Assembly: GCA_051546255.1 (NCBI GenBank)
Contig: CP128815.1
Coordinates: 1,364,001-1,428,000, forward strand
Length of the DNA: 64,000 nt
Direction: 5' to 3'
Source: Meyerozyma guilliermondii
Lineage: Eukaryota
Part shown: positions 1 through 9,170 of the stretch, in pieces
Position numbering within the stretch: position 1 is the stretch's first letter
How the letters are laid out: the number at the start of each line of letters is the position of its first letter
The notes under the pieces: generated by a model
Databases searched by the model: none
Told to the model about the DNA's origin: nothing
Seen by the model: the letters and a program-made list of their open reading frames with translations, nothing else
Made by a program: the position numbers and the translations under genes

Positions 1-191
1 GCTCGGTAGCGAATTGTCAAGGTATAGGTGCTCTTTTCAGGAAGAACAAAATGGAGCCGTTGGGGCATCTCATCCATATCTTGTGAGTACCGGAGAGGCT
101 GGTCATGGCCATCAATGGCAATGGTCATCGCACACAATTCCAAGTCGTCGTTCTGAAACTCGGCTATAAGCTCTTCTCTAGTTTTCGTCAT
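1..191 (-). CDS. Partial ORF running off the left edge; Rho-GDI-like immunoglobulin-fold protein (tentative)
   Basis: Manual translation from the ATG at 191 gives MTKTREELIAEFQNDDLELCAMTIAIDGHDQPLRYSQDMDEMPQRLHFVLPEKSTYTLTIRYR, 63 codons with no stop. TATAAATA lies on the minus strand at 232-239. FVLPEKSTYTLTIRYR resembles the Rho-GDI segment [F/Y]xIKExSxYxLxIxF. Not in the supplied ORF track. Confidence 0.55.
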   Translation of the reverse strand, partial: MTKTREELIAEFQNDDLELCAMTIAIDGHDQPLRYSQDMDEMPQRLHFVLPEKSTYTLTIRYR

Positions 192-411
192 TCCAAGTTG
201 AATTCTATACAGCTACATGATAACCATGGGCTATTTATACGGCTTCGGAGTCATGTGAATTTGCTCGGGCATCAGCGGGCTCAACTCCGAGATGGATGGG
301 CCATTGTCACATGCAATTGTCCGCGTCGCACAATACGGCATTTCACCACAGGTCAATAGCCGCATAACCTAGAATTGCTACGAGCAAGTTCCATGGAATG
401 GTTCAGTTTGC

Positions 412-1614
412 TCATGCCACCTTCTCTGCCCCGCTCAATTTCACAGCTGCACCGTATTTTTGAAGTTTGGTCAAGAGCTGGTCACCCTGCTTGATAAGCA
501 AGTGGTATTGGTTGTTCTTATTGTCGGGTCTGTTCGTCTCGATGATGCCGTTGACCTTGTCGATGGTACAATTGAGCTTTTTCGTGGGAATGAATCGACA
601 AAGATCCTGGTCCAAAAAGTCCTCGCTGATATTGAAGCTTTGCGCCATAGACTTCGTAGACAATGACTTGTAACTCTCGAGTAATTGCCCATAAGCTTTA
701 CACCTCAACTCTCGCAAAAAGTACTGGGCGTGTTGATGCAAGTATTTGTTCCCAACGAGTAACCTGTCGTGGGTTTCTAACAAATATTGAAAGAAACACC
801 CATACTGACAGGTATACAATGAATTGGTAACGCTGACAATAGGGTCCAATAAGTCTTGCGCATTAGAGTAGATGGACAAAAGTTCTGGCAGATCAATGAT
901 CTTTTCCTTGAGGTCGACTCGATCCAACGATAATACTCCACAAACGATGGCATACTGAGCAACTTGTTCATAAGAGCACAATTCTGTAGATGTGAATGTA
1001 GCCAACGAATCTATCAAAAGTTTAGACGCTTCAGCAAACTTCCGTGTAGCCATCAAATAGATACCATTGTATGTCTTGTACCGATTCCGGCGTTCCCAAT
1101 CTCCTCCTTTGTCGATATGCGTCTTGACTTGGTCCAAGTACTTGCCAACCAGGGCATAGTCGTTGAAGAAGAATTCTATTCTAACAACCGCGAGTAAAAT
1201 GTCGATTTTGGATCCACTACTCTGAGGAAGTTCTAATGCCTTTTCATAAGTTTCCACTGCTTTGGTGCGGTCGACAATCTTTGCATAATATTGGGCAAGT
1301 TCCAAGTTACATGCCAAAGCATCTAATTCAGTTTCATCTTCTCCCTCTGCCTCCTTAATCTTTTGGGTCAAGCCAGAAATTTCCTTTTCATTTACAGCCT
1401 CCATTTCCTTGTACAAAGCTTCGTCATAAGGAAAATCAGCCAAAGTTTCCTTCAAGTGGCGATAATACGGAGCCATCGAGTTGACTTTAATTTCCTTGAT
1501 CAAACGATCAATGATTTCCTTGGATGAACCATTATAACTTCCCAGCTGTAGCAAGTACTGGTCTTCCGACAAAGTATAGTCTGGGATCTTTTCAAGGCCC
1601 GAATCAATTTCCAT
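412..1614 (-). CDS. RPN7: 26S proteasome lid subunit Rpn7
   Basis: 400 aa with GGDWERRNRYKTY, LIDSLATFTSTEL and the C-terminal PCI domain motif LNCTIDKVNGIIETNRPDNKN. Confidence 0.97.
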   Translation of the reverse strand: MEIDSGLEKIPDYTLSEDQYLLQLGSYNGSSKEIIDRLIKEIKVNSMAPYYRHLKETLADFPYDEALYKEMEAVNEKEISGLTQKIKEAEGEDETELDALACNLELAQYYAKIVDRTKAVETYEKALELPQSSGSKIDILLAVVRIEFFFNDYALVGKYLDQVKTHIDKGGDWERRNRYKTYNGIYLMATRKFAEASKLLIDSLATFTSTELCSYEQVAQYAIVCGVLSLDRVDLKEKIIDLPELLSIYSNAQDLLDPIVSVTNSLYTCQYGCFFQYLLETHDRLLVGNKYLHQHAQYFLRELRCKAYGQLLESYKSLSTKSMAQSFNISEDFLDQDLCRFIPTKKLNCTIDKVNGIIETNRPDNKNNQYHLLIKQGDQLLTKLQKYGAAVKLSGAEKVA

Positions 1615-1722
1615 GATGATGTAGTTCGTGGCGACGACGACGAGTAAACCTCAAGTGAGCACCTGCACACGGCGTGCTACGAGCGAATAGAACCTGGAGC
1701 CGCATAAAGTTGTGCATGTTGC

Positions 1723-1814
1723 GGCATTGTGGCCGAGTGGTTAAGGCGATGCACTCGAATCTTTTGAGTTATGCATTGGGATTTCCCGCGCAGGTTCGAA
1801 TCCTGCTGATGTCG
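1723..1814 (+). tRNA. tRNA-Ser(CGA) with an 11-nt intron (1760-1770)
   Basis: Acceptor stem GGCATTG/TGATGTC with discriminator G; D arm TGGCCGAGTGGTTAAGGC; anticodon stem ATGCA/TGCAT; anticodon CGA at 1756-1758; long variable arm GGGATTTCCC; T arm GCAGGTTCGAATCCTGC; T-run downstream. Confidence 0.95.
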
Positions 1815-1817
1815 TTA

Positions 1818-1823
1818 TTTTTT
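1818..1823 (+). terminator. Pol III oligo-T terminator of tRNA-Ser
   Basis: TTTTTT starts 3 nt after the tRNA 3' end. Confidence 0.8.
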
Positions 1824-1969
1824 AATACCCTTACCACAAAATTAAATTGACACGGAGTTTACTCAATGGAGTAGTGGTCCGACTACCCGATACATCGTCC
1901 CACAATCCCCAGACCGCGGGACCCTTGCCCTTGCGAACCGATCCCCTCACTGCCGAATGGAGTTCGCAG

Positions 1970-1994
1970 CCGAGGTAACTCCGCCGGTATATAA
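1970..1994 (+). promoter_or_regulatory. CCGAGG (FarA/Ctf1-type fatty-acid response core) and TATA box of the acyl-CoA dehydrogenase gene
   Basis: CCGAGG at 1970-1975 and TATATAA at 1988-1994, upstream of the ATG at 2027. Confidence 0.45.
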
Positions 1995-2026
1995 GGGGGA
2001 GGGTTTGCCCCAACATTAGTCGAACC

Positions 2027-3355
2027 ATGTCTGTTAAAGAGGATATTCCGGCTATTTTTCTCGACAAGATTTCGCCCAAAGGATTGGACGCGATCCAGAA
2101 ATGTAAGGATTTTGTCGAGCAATACTGTCTTCCGGCGGATAAAATATACCTAGAGCAGCTTAGCCCTGACCCCACAAAAAGATGGAAATCTACCCCACAA
2201 ATCACTGAAAAATTGAAGAAAAAAGCCCAAGAATTGGGACTTTGGAACATGTTCTTGTCAAAACACTATGCTGAGGGTGCAGGGTACACCAACTTGGAAT
2301 ATGGGCTCATGGCAGGTTATTTAGGGCGGTCGTTGGTGGCCCCAGAAGCAACCAATACCAATGCACCCGACACGGGCAATATGGAATTGCTTGCCAAATA
2401 CGGCACTCAGTACCATAAAGAACGTTGGCTCAAGCCATTGTTGAACGGAGAGATTCGGTCGGCTTTTTTGATGACGGAAAAGGGTACTTCTTCGTCTAAT
2501 GCGTTGAACATTTCTGTTTCGGCCAAGAAAAATGCCAATGGGAATTGGGTATTGAATGGTATTAAGTGGTTCGCTTCTGGATCAGGAGACCCACGGTGTT
2601 CAGTTTGGTTGGTAATGTGCAAAACAGCCGAAACTAAGGCGATTTATGAAAACCACTCGGTTCTCGTTATCGATGCCAAAAAGGCATTGGCTACAGGAAA
2701 TGCCAAATTGATCCGGCCATTACATGTTTTTGGCTATGACGATGCTCCTCACGGACACTTTGAGGTGGAATTCAACAACTATGAGATTCCAAGTGAAGAT
2801 ATGCCCCATTCCATATTGGCTTCTGAAGGTAGAGGATTCGAGCTCATTCAGTCGAGACTTGGTCCTGGTCGTATCCACCACTGTATGAGACTGATTGGTG
2901 CTGGAGAACAAGCGTTGTTGCGCGTGAGCCATCGTGCCAACAATCGGCTCATTTTCGGTACACTTATGGCAAAGAGAGAATCATTTATTACTGCATTTGC
3001 CCAGCACAAGATCAACCTTCAGAAATGTAGATTGCTCGTTTTGAATGCTGCCCACAAAATTGACATCAGTAATGCCAAACAGGCACAACGGGAGATTGCT
3101 ATGGCCAAAATTGAGACTCCAAGAACCGTTGGTAGGGTACTTGACTGGGGTATCCAAATGTTTGGAGCAGAGGGAGTTTCGCAAGACACCGAATTGGCTC
3201 GTCTGTATGCTATCAACCGGACACTCCAGATTGCTGATGGCCCCGACGAAGCTCATTTGAACCAATTGGGATTGAAAGAGGCCAAGAAATTTGCACTTGC
3301 AAGTGAATTCTTTGCTCAACAAGAAGAATACCGCAAACGATTATCTAACCTCTAG
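2027..3355 (+). CDS. Acyl-CoA dehydrogenase (ACAD10/11-type catalytic domain), probably peroxisomal
   Basis: Motifs APDTGNMELL, SAFLMTE, GYDDAPHGH, RLGPGRIHHCMR and IADGPDEAH. C-terminus SNL is a PTS1-like tripeptide. Confidence 0.93.
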   Translation: MSVKEDIPAIFLDKISPKGLDAIQKCKDFVEQYCLPADKIYLEQLSPDPTKRWKSTPQITEKLKKKAQELGLWNMFLSKHYAEGAGYTNLEYGLMAGYLGRSLVAPEATNTNAPDTGNMELLAKYGTQYHKERWLKPLLNGEIRSAFLMTEKGTSSSNALNISVSAKKNANGNWVLNGIKWFASGSGDPRCSVWLVMCKTAETKAIYENHSVLVIDAKKALATGNAKLIRPLHVFGYDDAPHGHFEVEFNNYEIPSEDMPHSILASEGRGFELIQSRLGPGRIHHCMRLIGAGEQALLRVSHRANNRLIFGTLMAKRESFITAFAQHKINLQKCRLLVLNAAHKIDISNAKQAQREIAMAKIETPRTVGRVLDWGIQMFGAEGVSQDTELARLYAINRTLQIADGPDEAHLNQLGLKEAKKFALASEFFAQQEEYRKRLSNL

Positions 3356-3387
3356 AGAGAAATGTATTAGGAATATATGGATATTTA

Positions 3388-3861
3388 TCAGTACAAGTCG
3401 GATTTGACAAAGTCATTGATGAGGCCCTTGGCAAGGAGTGTTTTAGATTTGGCCAATTCGGTTTTGATTTTAGCTGCCTGACGGGCTTTTAATTCTGTTT
3501 CTGCTTCTGGGAAGGGAATTTTTTGCAACTTTTCTAAATGGTCATCTTCGGTATCAATATCCAACTCTCCCATCATAACTACATTTTCTCCTCGAATCAT
3601 AAACACCCCTCGGTAAGCTTCTGAGTATCTTTGTGGGCTCAGATTGTCGTCGTTTTCGTCGTTCAAATATATTCTTTCAACTGCATCTTGAAGTACAAGA
3701 TTGGCAAATTGGTCAAACGTCCTCAATATGCCAAACAATTTACGACCATCTCTCATAAGCACGAATATCTTTCTGTCCACTGATCCTACTATGGCAGCGG
3801 CTGTGGTAAAAGCGTAGGATTCGAGGTAAAGATCCTCGACATTGGGACCTGGTTCTGCCAT
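3388..3861 (-). CDS. LSM1: Lsm1, cytoplasmic Lsm1-7 decapping activator subunit
   Basis: FTTAAAIVGSVDRKIFVLMRDGRKLFGILRTFDQFANLVL and FMIRGENVVMMGELD; C-terminus KSDLY. Confidence 0.96.
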   Translation of the reverse strand: MAEPGPNVEDLYLESYAFTTAAAIVGSVDRKIFVLMRDGRKLFGILRTFDQFANLVLQDAVERIYLNDENDDNLSPQRYSEAYRGVFMIRGENVVMMGELDIDTEDDHLEKLQKIPFPEAETELKARQAAKIKTELAKSKTLLAKGLINDFVKSDLY

Positions 3862-4361
3862 TTTTTATTGGTGGAAAAGGCACAGGGCGGCACGGAGAGT
3901 GAAGTTAACGGAGAATAAGGGCCAGATTACGGCTTTTGTTACTCAATCTTTTGATATGTTTAACTGGTGGTTGCGACGACGAGCCTTGAAAGTTAGTTGA
4001 TAATTGTGGTAAGGACACGACCCGAAATATGAAGCTGCAAAACGATGAAGAATTGTAGAGTTTGGGGAAGAGTTATGAGCAGCCAGAGAAGCGCTTCTTG
4101 TTTTTGTGCTATGCATTGACGGATTCAATTGTAGTTTATTTGTGATTGAGCTTTTGTGCCTAAAATTACCTAGAGTCCATAATTTCCATATTCCACTCAA
4201 TGATGTTGATAGAATAATTTTTTCTACCCAAAACTAAGATCGTGGATCTAAGCACTTCAATTACGTTAGTTTGAATTACATAGTTGTTACTCCATGTATA
4301 GACATTCATCGCTTATCTGCAGTACCCGATGAGTTAAGCCAGAAAAAATCACCTCTACCTT

Positions 4362-5441
4362 ATGTCGTTCTATGCCTACAAAGACGTTATAGAAGAAGGC
4401 GATCTTGTTCTCGCCTTCATAAGCAGAGGAAATATAAAACCCATCAATGTCACAAAAGGACAAACATTAAATACCCGATATGGACAATACGACCATGATC
4501 GCATGATAGGCATGAAGTATGGAGAGCAGATGGCAGGAGCCAAAGGTCATGGATTCATACATTTATTACATCCCACACCCGAATTATGGACTTTATCGCT
4601 TCCACACCGTACGCAGATTGTGTATACACATGACTCTTCGTATATTACTCAGAGATTGGGTGTGACTAGTGGAACCAGAGTCATCGAAGCTGGCACTGGA
4701 TCGGCCTCATTTACCCATTCTTTTGCGAGAACCGTGGGACTTGAGGGCCGGGTATTCACATACGAGTTTCATGAACCTCGTTTCGTTGAAGCAAAGGCAG
4801 AAATCGAGAGCCATGGTCTCGATAGTAATACTTACATTACCCATCGAGACGTTTGTAATGATGGTTTTGAAGTGGAAAACATACCGCCCAGGTTCAATTC
4901 CGGCGATGGAATTGCTGGAGATGTGGTGTTTCTCGATTTACCTTCACCGTGGGATGCAATTCCTCATTTGCCCAAAGTCATTTCACAAAAGTCCCGCGTA
5001 GGAATCTGCTGTTTCTCGCCGTGTATGGAGCAAGTCACCAAGACAGTGGAAGCACTTAAGGAAAATGGCTGGATCAGTATTGAGATGGTGGAAGTTGCTG
5101 GGCGCAGATGGGAAGCTCGTAAAGAGATGGTGCGAGACATTGACGATGTGCTCAAACGAATAAGAGATATTCAAGGCAGAAAAAACCAGGGCATCGAAAA
5201 GAGAAGAGCCGCCAAGGTCCAGGACTCACGCAAAAGAGAATTTTCCGAGGTGGAGTCGCCGCAAGAATCGCCGGAACCTTCTTTTCAAAATCTCACTCCA
5301 GGATATAATCCGTTTGGCCGAGGCCAACGAGTCAAAGAAGGAGACGATAAATTTACATGGAGAAACGTTACCAGGATAGAAGTGGACGTCAAAAGTCATA
5401 CTTCATATCTTACATTTGCCTATAAAATGCCTTCACCATAG
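4362..5441 (+). CDS. GCD14: tRNA m1A58 methyltransferase catalytic subunit Trm61/Gcd14
   Basis: [48 protein letters not shown] and [12 protein letters not shown]-like GATGAG lies at 4328-4333 upstream. Confidence 0.96.
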   Translation: MSFYAYKDVIEEGDLVLAFISRGNIKPINVTKGQTLNTRYGQYDHDRMIGMKYGEQMAGAKGHGFIHLLHPTPELWTLSLPHRTQIVYTHDSSYITQRLGVTSGTRVIEAGTGSASFTHSFARTVGLEGRVFTYEFHEPRFVEAKAEIESHGLDSNTYITHRDVCNDGFEVENIPPRFNSGDGIAGDVVFLDLPSPWDAIPHLPKVISQKSRVGICCFSPCMEQVTKTVEALKENGWISIEMVEVAGRRWEARKEMVRDIDDVLKRIRDIQGRKNQGIEKRRAAKVQDSRKREFSEVESPQESPEPSFQNLTPGYNPFGRGQRVKEGDDKFTWRNVTRIEVDVKSHTSYLTFAYKMPSP

Positions 5442-5585
5442 TGCGTACTGCAGACAAGCCAGGAGGGTGGTGTAAAGTTTCGGGAGACAATTTCTAGTCA
5501 GCGACTTTGCTTGGGAAGAATACGAGCTAGTATATAATCAGAGCATAGTTAGTATTCATCATCTAGCCGTATACATACCTGTACC

Positions 5586-6807
5586 ATGAGCTCCCCAATT
5601 GGTAAGTTTGAGACTTCAATCGATTCATTTTCTTTTTGCTAACGCAGTTCTCGATCAAGGTACCGGGTTCGTCAAAATTGGCCGTGCCGGAACTAACTTT
5701 CCTGACCATACATTCCCTTCAATTGTCGGTAGACCGATCTTGAGAGCAGAGGAGAGAAATGTGTTGGTTCCTTCTGATGTAGAAATTAAAGATATAATGT
5801 GTGGCAGTGAAGCCAGCGACGTCAGATCATTGTTACAGATTAGTTATCCCATGGAAAACGGTATCATCAAGAATTGGGAGGATATGGAGCATTTATGGGA
5901 CTATGCGTTCTACGAGAGAATGAAAATTTCCACTGAAGGACAAAAAATTTTGTTGACAGAACCTCCCATGAACCCATTGAAGAATAGAGAAACTATGTGT
6001 GATGTTATGTTTGAGAAATACCAGTTCGGAGGTGTCTATGTTGCTATTCAGGCAGTGTTGGCGTTGTACGCTCAAGGATTGAGTTCTGGTGTCGTGGTTG
6101 ACTCCGGAGATGGTGTTACTCATATCGTGCCAGTGTACGAATCAGTGGTTTTAAACCATTTGACAAAGAGATTAGATGTTGCCGGAAGAGATGTAACTCG
6201 TAACTTGATCAACTTGTTGTTACGCCGAGGCTATGCATTCAACAGAACCGCCGACTTTGAAACCGTGAGACAAATAAAGGAAAAGTTGTGCTACGTTTCC
6301 TACGATTTGAATTTGGATACAAAATTAGCTCAAGAAACTACCACCTTGGTAGAGTCCTACGAATTACCCGATGGAAGAGTCATCAAAGTGGGCTCGGAAA
6401 GATTCGAAGCACCAGAGTGTTTGTTCCAACCTCATTTGGTCGACGTAGAACTGCCTGGTGTTGGTGAAACCCTTTTCAACACAATTCAAGCCGCAGACCT
6501 CGACGTCAGAGCATCTCTTTTCAAGGCTATCGTCTTGTCGGGAGGCTCCTCCATGTACCCAGGATTACCCTCAAGGTTGGAGAAGGAATTAAAACAATTA
6601 TGGTTGACCAGAGTGTTGAATAACGACGCTTCGCGGTTGGATAAATTCAAAGTAAGAATTGAGGATCCCCCAAGAAGAAGACATATGGTGTTCATCGGTG
6701 GTGCCGTGTTGGCAAATATCATGGCCGACAAGGATCACATGTGGATTTCAAAACAAGAATGGGAAGAACAAGGTCCAAGAGTATTGGAAAAATTGGGCCC
6801 TCGCTAA
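5586..6807 (+). CDS. ARP2: Actin-related protein 2; exons 5586-5601 and 5648-6807
   Basis: Splicing ATG AGC TCC CCA ATT G | GTAAGT...GCTAACGCAG | TT CTC GAT gives [15 protein letters not shown]. Arp2 motifs include [12 protein letters not shown] and [15 protein letters not shown]. Confidence 0.96.
5602..5647 (+). other. 46-nt spliceosomal intron of ARP2
   Basis: Donor GTAAGT, branch point GCTAAC at 5638-5643, acceptor CAG at 5645-5647; removal restores the reading frame. Confidence 0.9.
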
Positions 6808-6854
6808 GAGTTAGATGTAAAAGTATGATGTTCTGTATATTGTAGGTGTTTCTA

Positions 6855-8921
6855 TCAGCCATAGTTCAATTCCTCTATCCCCTTCAATACAGTATCAACT
6901 AGCCTATCATACAAGTCCGACGTGATAGATCCAGTTCCGTTGTTACGACTGTTATATCCAAAGTTGACTGCCAGATGCACAAGATCACGAACGAATGCTT
7001 CACTCACTATTTTGGGCTTCAAGAAATCACTCTCCAAACACTCTTCAACAGTATATCTCTCATTGGGGTCTCGAGCCAAACATTTTTGTAATAACTCAAC
7101 AGCACTTTTGGGAACCGGCACATTCCCTAATCCTTTGGAAGGGTAAGAAATCTTTATTTGAGGATTCATAATAGCCATAAACCTCTGATTACCCGAGTAG
7201 CCGCCATAAGGAGGCATGCCGTAAATCATTTGGTACATGATACATCCACAAGACCATACATCCGATGGCTTACCAACTCTCCAAGTGTTCTTATTTTTCA
7301 ACATATTGTTTTCAGCATTCATGAGACCGGGAGTCACATGGCCAATGCCTATAAGAGTTTCTGGTGCCATGTAGTTTGGAGTGCCAATTTGAGACTCACG
7401 ATAAATGTTGGCAGTATGATCGGGAACGGCATTTGCGATACCAAAATCAATAATTTTCAAAACCCCTTTGATAAAGAGAAAGTTTGCTGGCTTCAAGTCA
7501 CTGTGAACTATACCAGCATCATGCACAGATCTCACGCATTTGAGCATCTCAATGGAGTGAAACTTCACAAAGTTGAGGTCTAATGGATGCGTCGCTGCTA
7601 GCCTGTTTTGGAAAACATGAGCCAAATCAATTTCACCGCATTCCATCACTAAATAAATTGAGCCCTCTCCAATTACATGGTCGACCAATTGAACGACCCT
7701 TTCGGTACCTTTCAACTTTGTCAAAAGATCTATTTCTCCTTTAAATCCTTTCACGCATACATCATCGAATTGGTCAAACGTAACTTTTTTGATTGCGTAA
7801 AGTCGCTGATTGGTCATTGACTTGACTTTGTACACCTTAGATGTACCTCCGCGGCCCATTAACTCGAGCTTTTCATATTGAATTCCATTGATCGCAATAT
7901 ATTTTCTTTTCTTGCCGTCATCGGACAGAGGAACAGCACTAAATGCCCCAGGCCGCACTGCTTTTGGTTTTCGAAAACTCTCAGCTTCGTGTGGTATGTT
8001 CAATACATTTGAAGAGATATGCAGAAGGGGACGTCTTGCAACATCACGCGGCTGAACTTCTGGTTTATCAAGATTTTCCTTGTCTCGTATACTTGACGAA
8101 TTAGGTGGTGTTTTATGCTGAGAGCTTTCATTTGAGCTTGCCATTTCAAGATCTTCATTTCGAGTTCTTTTTGACATTCTGTCGAGTTCATTAAGTCGTT
8201 TTTGTTCGTCGATGCGCAGCCTAAGTTCCAGCTCCTTCTCTTTCCAGAGCTCGACGTCATTGTTATGCTGTCGAAGTTCGGTAAAGACGGAAATTCCGGT
8301 CTCGAACATGTTATCTTTTGAGTGCCAAGGCGTTGGCGTGGATGCAATATTTTCTTCATTACTTGATTCGGGGACTTTTGGAGCTCTCATTGGCGGTCCA
8401 AGCAGTCGCCCAAAATGCCGCGACCCTCGTATACGCTTTGATAACCGTGGTTGGGGCTGTTTGAATATCTCTCCCGGAGTGGTAGTGGCAGTATGACTTG
8501 TCAGGCCATTATGTCGAGGTTCTGATTCGTCCATAGAATTGATATGGTCGTCTGTGATGGAATTATGAGTGTTTGATAGTTCTTGTCTCCTCAATCTTGG
8601 AGAATGTGTCGAGAATGAGTTGCCGGGGCTTGTGTGTGATGGAGCCGACAGGGCATCATGGTTTAGTGGAAAACCGGAAGAGCCACGATCGCCGAAATGA
8701 ACGGAAAGTTTGTTTTTCAATCCTTTCAGTTGTGGGAAATCTAATTCGTATACACCCGTTACCTGAGATCCCGGCACCGGCTTAGTTCGTTCGTTCAATA
8801 ACGAAATGCTATATGAGCTGAGTGCTGGTGGTACAAAAGTGGCATCATCTTCAAAGAACGGAAATTTATTGTCTTTTATTACCACTTTTCGAGGTCGAGG
8901 TGTTATATCGTCCGACGGCAT
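6855..8921 (-). CDS. MPS1: Mps1/Mph1 spindle checkpoint dual-specificity kinase
   Basis: GRGGTSKVYKV, FKGEIDLL, VHSDLKPANF, LKIIDFGIANAVPDHTANIYRESQIGTPNYMAPE and VGKPSDVWSCGC. Start taken at MPSDD (8921); another in-frame ATG at 9050 makes the start uncertain. Confidence 0.92.
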   Translation of the reverse strand: MPSDDITPRPRKVVIKDNKFPFFEDDATFVPPALSSYSISLLNERTKPVPGSQVTGVYELDFPQLKGLKNKLSVHFGDRGSSGFPLNHDALSAPSHTSPGNSFSTHSPRLRRQELSNTHNSITDDHINSMDESEPRHNGLTSHTATTTPGEIFKQPQPRLSKRIRGSRHFGRLLGPPMRAPKVPESSNEENIASTPTPWHSKDNMFETGISVFTELRQHNNDVELWKEKELELRLRIDEQKRLNELDRMSKRTRNEDLEMASSNESSQHKTPPNSSSIRDKENLDKPEVQPRDVARRPLLHISSNVLNIPHEAESFRKPKAVRPGAFSAVPLSDDGKKRKYIAINGIQYEKLELMGRGGTSKVYKVKSMTNQRLYAIKKVTFDQFDDVCVKGFKGEIDLLTKLKGTERVVQLVDHVIGEGSIYLVMECGEIDLAHVFQNRLAATHPLDLNFVKFHSIEMLKCVRSVHDAGIVHSDLKPANFLFIKGVLKIIDFGIANAVPDHTANIYRESQIGTPNYMAPETLIGIGHVTPGLMNAENNMLKNKNTWRVGKPSDVWSCGCIMYQMIYGMPPYGGYSGNQRFMAIMNPQIKISYPSKGLGNVPVPKSAVELLQKCLARDPNERYTVEECLESDFLKPKIVSEAFVRDLVHLAVNFGYNSRNNGTGSITSDLYDRLVDTVLKGIEELNYG

Positions 8922-9082
8922 TTCATAGGGAATAATGTATGATTGGGGTGATGAGGTCTCAATGAGTGTATCCAGTACGCTTCTCGAGGTAATTAAACGT
9001 GCTTGTAAACAAACCGTAGTACAGATGAAAATACGCGATTCAGACTGCATATAAGTTGTTCAAAAGGGCGAAAAAAAACAAT

Positions 9083-9170
9083 TGCTCCACGGCAGGTTCG
9101 AACTGTCGACCTTCAGATGACACAGTTATAAACTATGAGACTGACGCTCTGCCAACTGAGCTAGTGAAGC
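9083..9170 (-). tRNA. Elongator tRNA-Met(CAT) with a 15-nt intron (9119-9133)
   Basis: Reverse complement reads GCTTCACTAGCTCAGTTGGCAGAGCGTCAGTCTCATA[GTTTATAACTGTGTC]ATCTGAAGGTCGACAGTTCGAACCTGCCGTGGAGCA. The G1-C72 pair and TTC T-loop indicate the elongator, not the initiator. T8 terminator at 9071-9078. Confidence 0.95.

Noticed and set aside
1723..1814. tRNA-Ser as the CUG-decoding tRNA-Ser(CAG)
   Set aside because: The anticodon is CGA with a normal T at position 33, so this is the ordinary UCG decoder.
3943..4200. 85-aa minus-strand ORF between LSM1 and GCD14
   Set aside because: It has a TTG start, no recognisable motif and lies in a divergent promoter.
5599..5647. ORF-track N-terminus of ARP2 ([11 protein letters not shown]...)
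   Set aside because: It reads through the intron from a TTG; the spliced model from the ATG at 5586 fits better.
8922..9050. 43-aa N-terminal extension of MPS1
   Set aside because: The upstream ATG lies about 20 bp from the tRNA-Met terminator, leaving no promoter space. Considered unlikely but not excluded.
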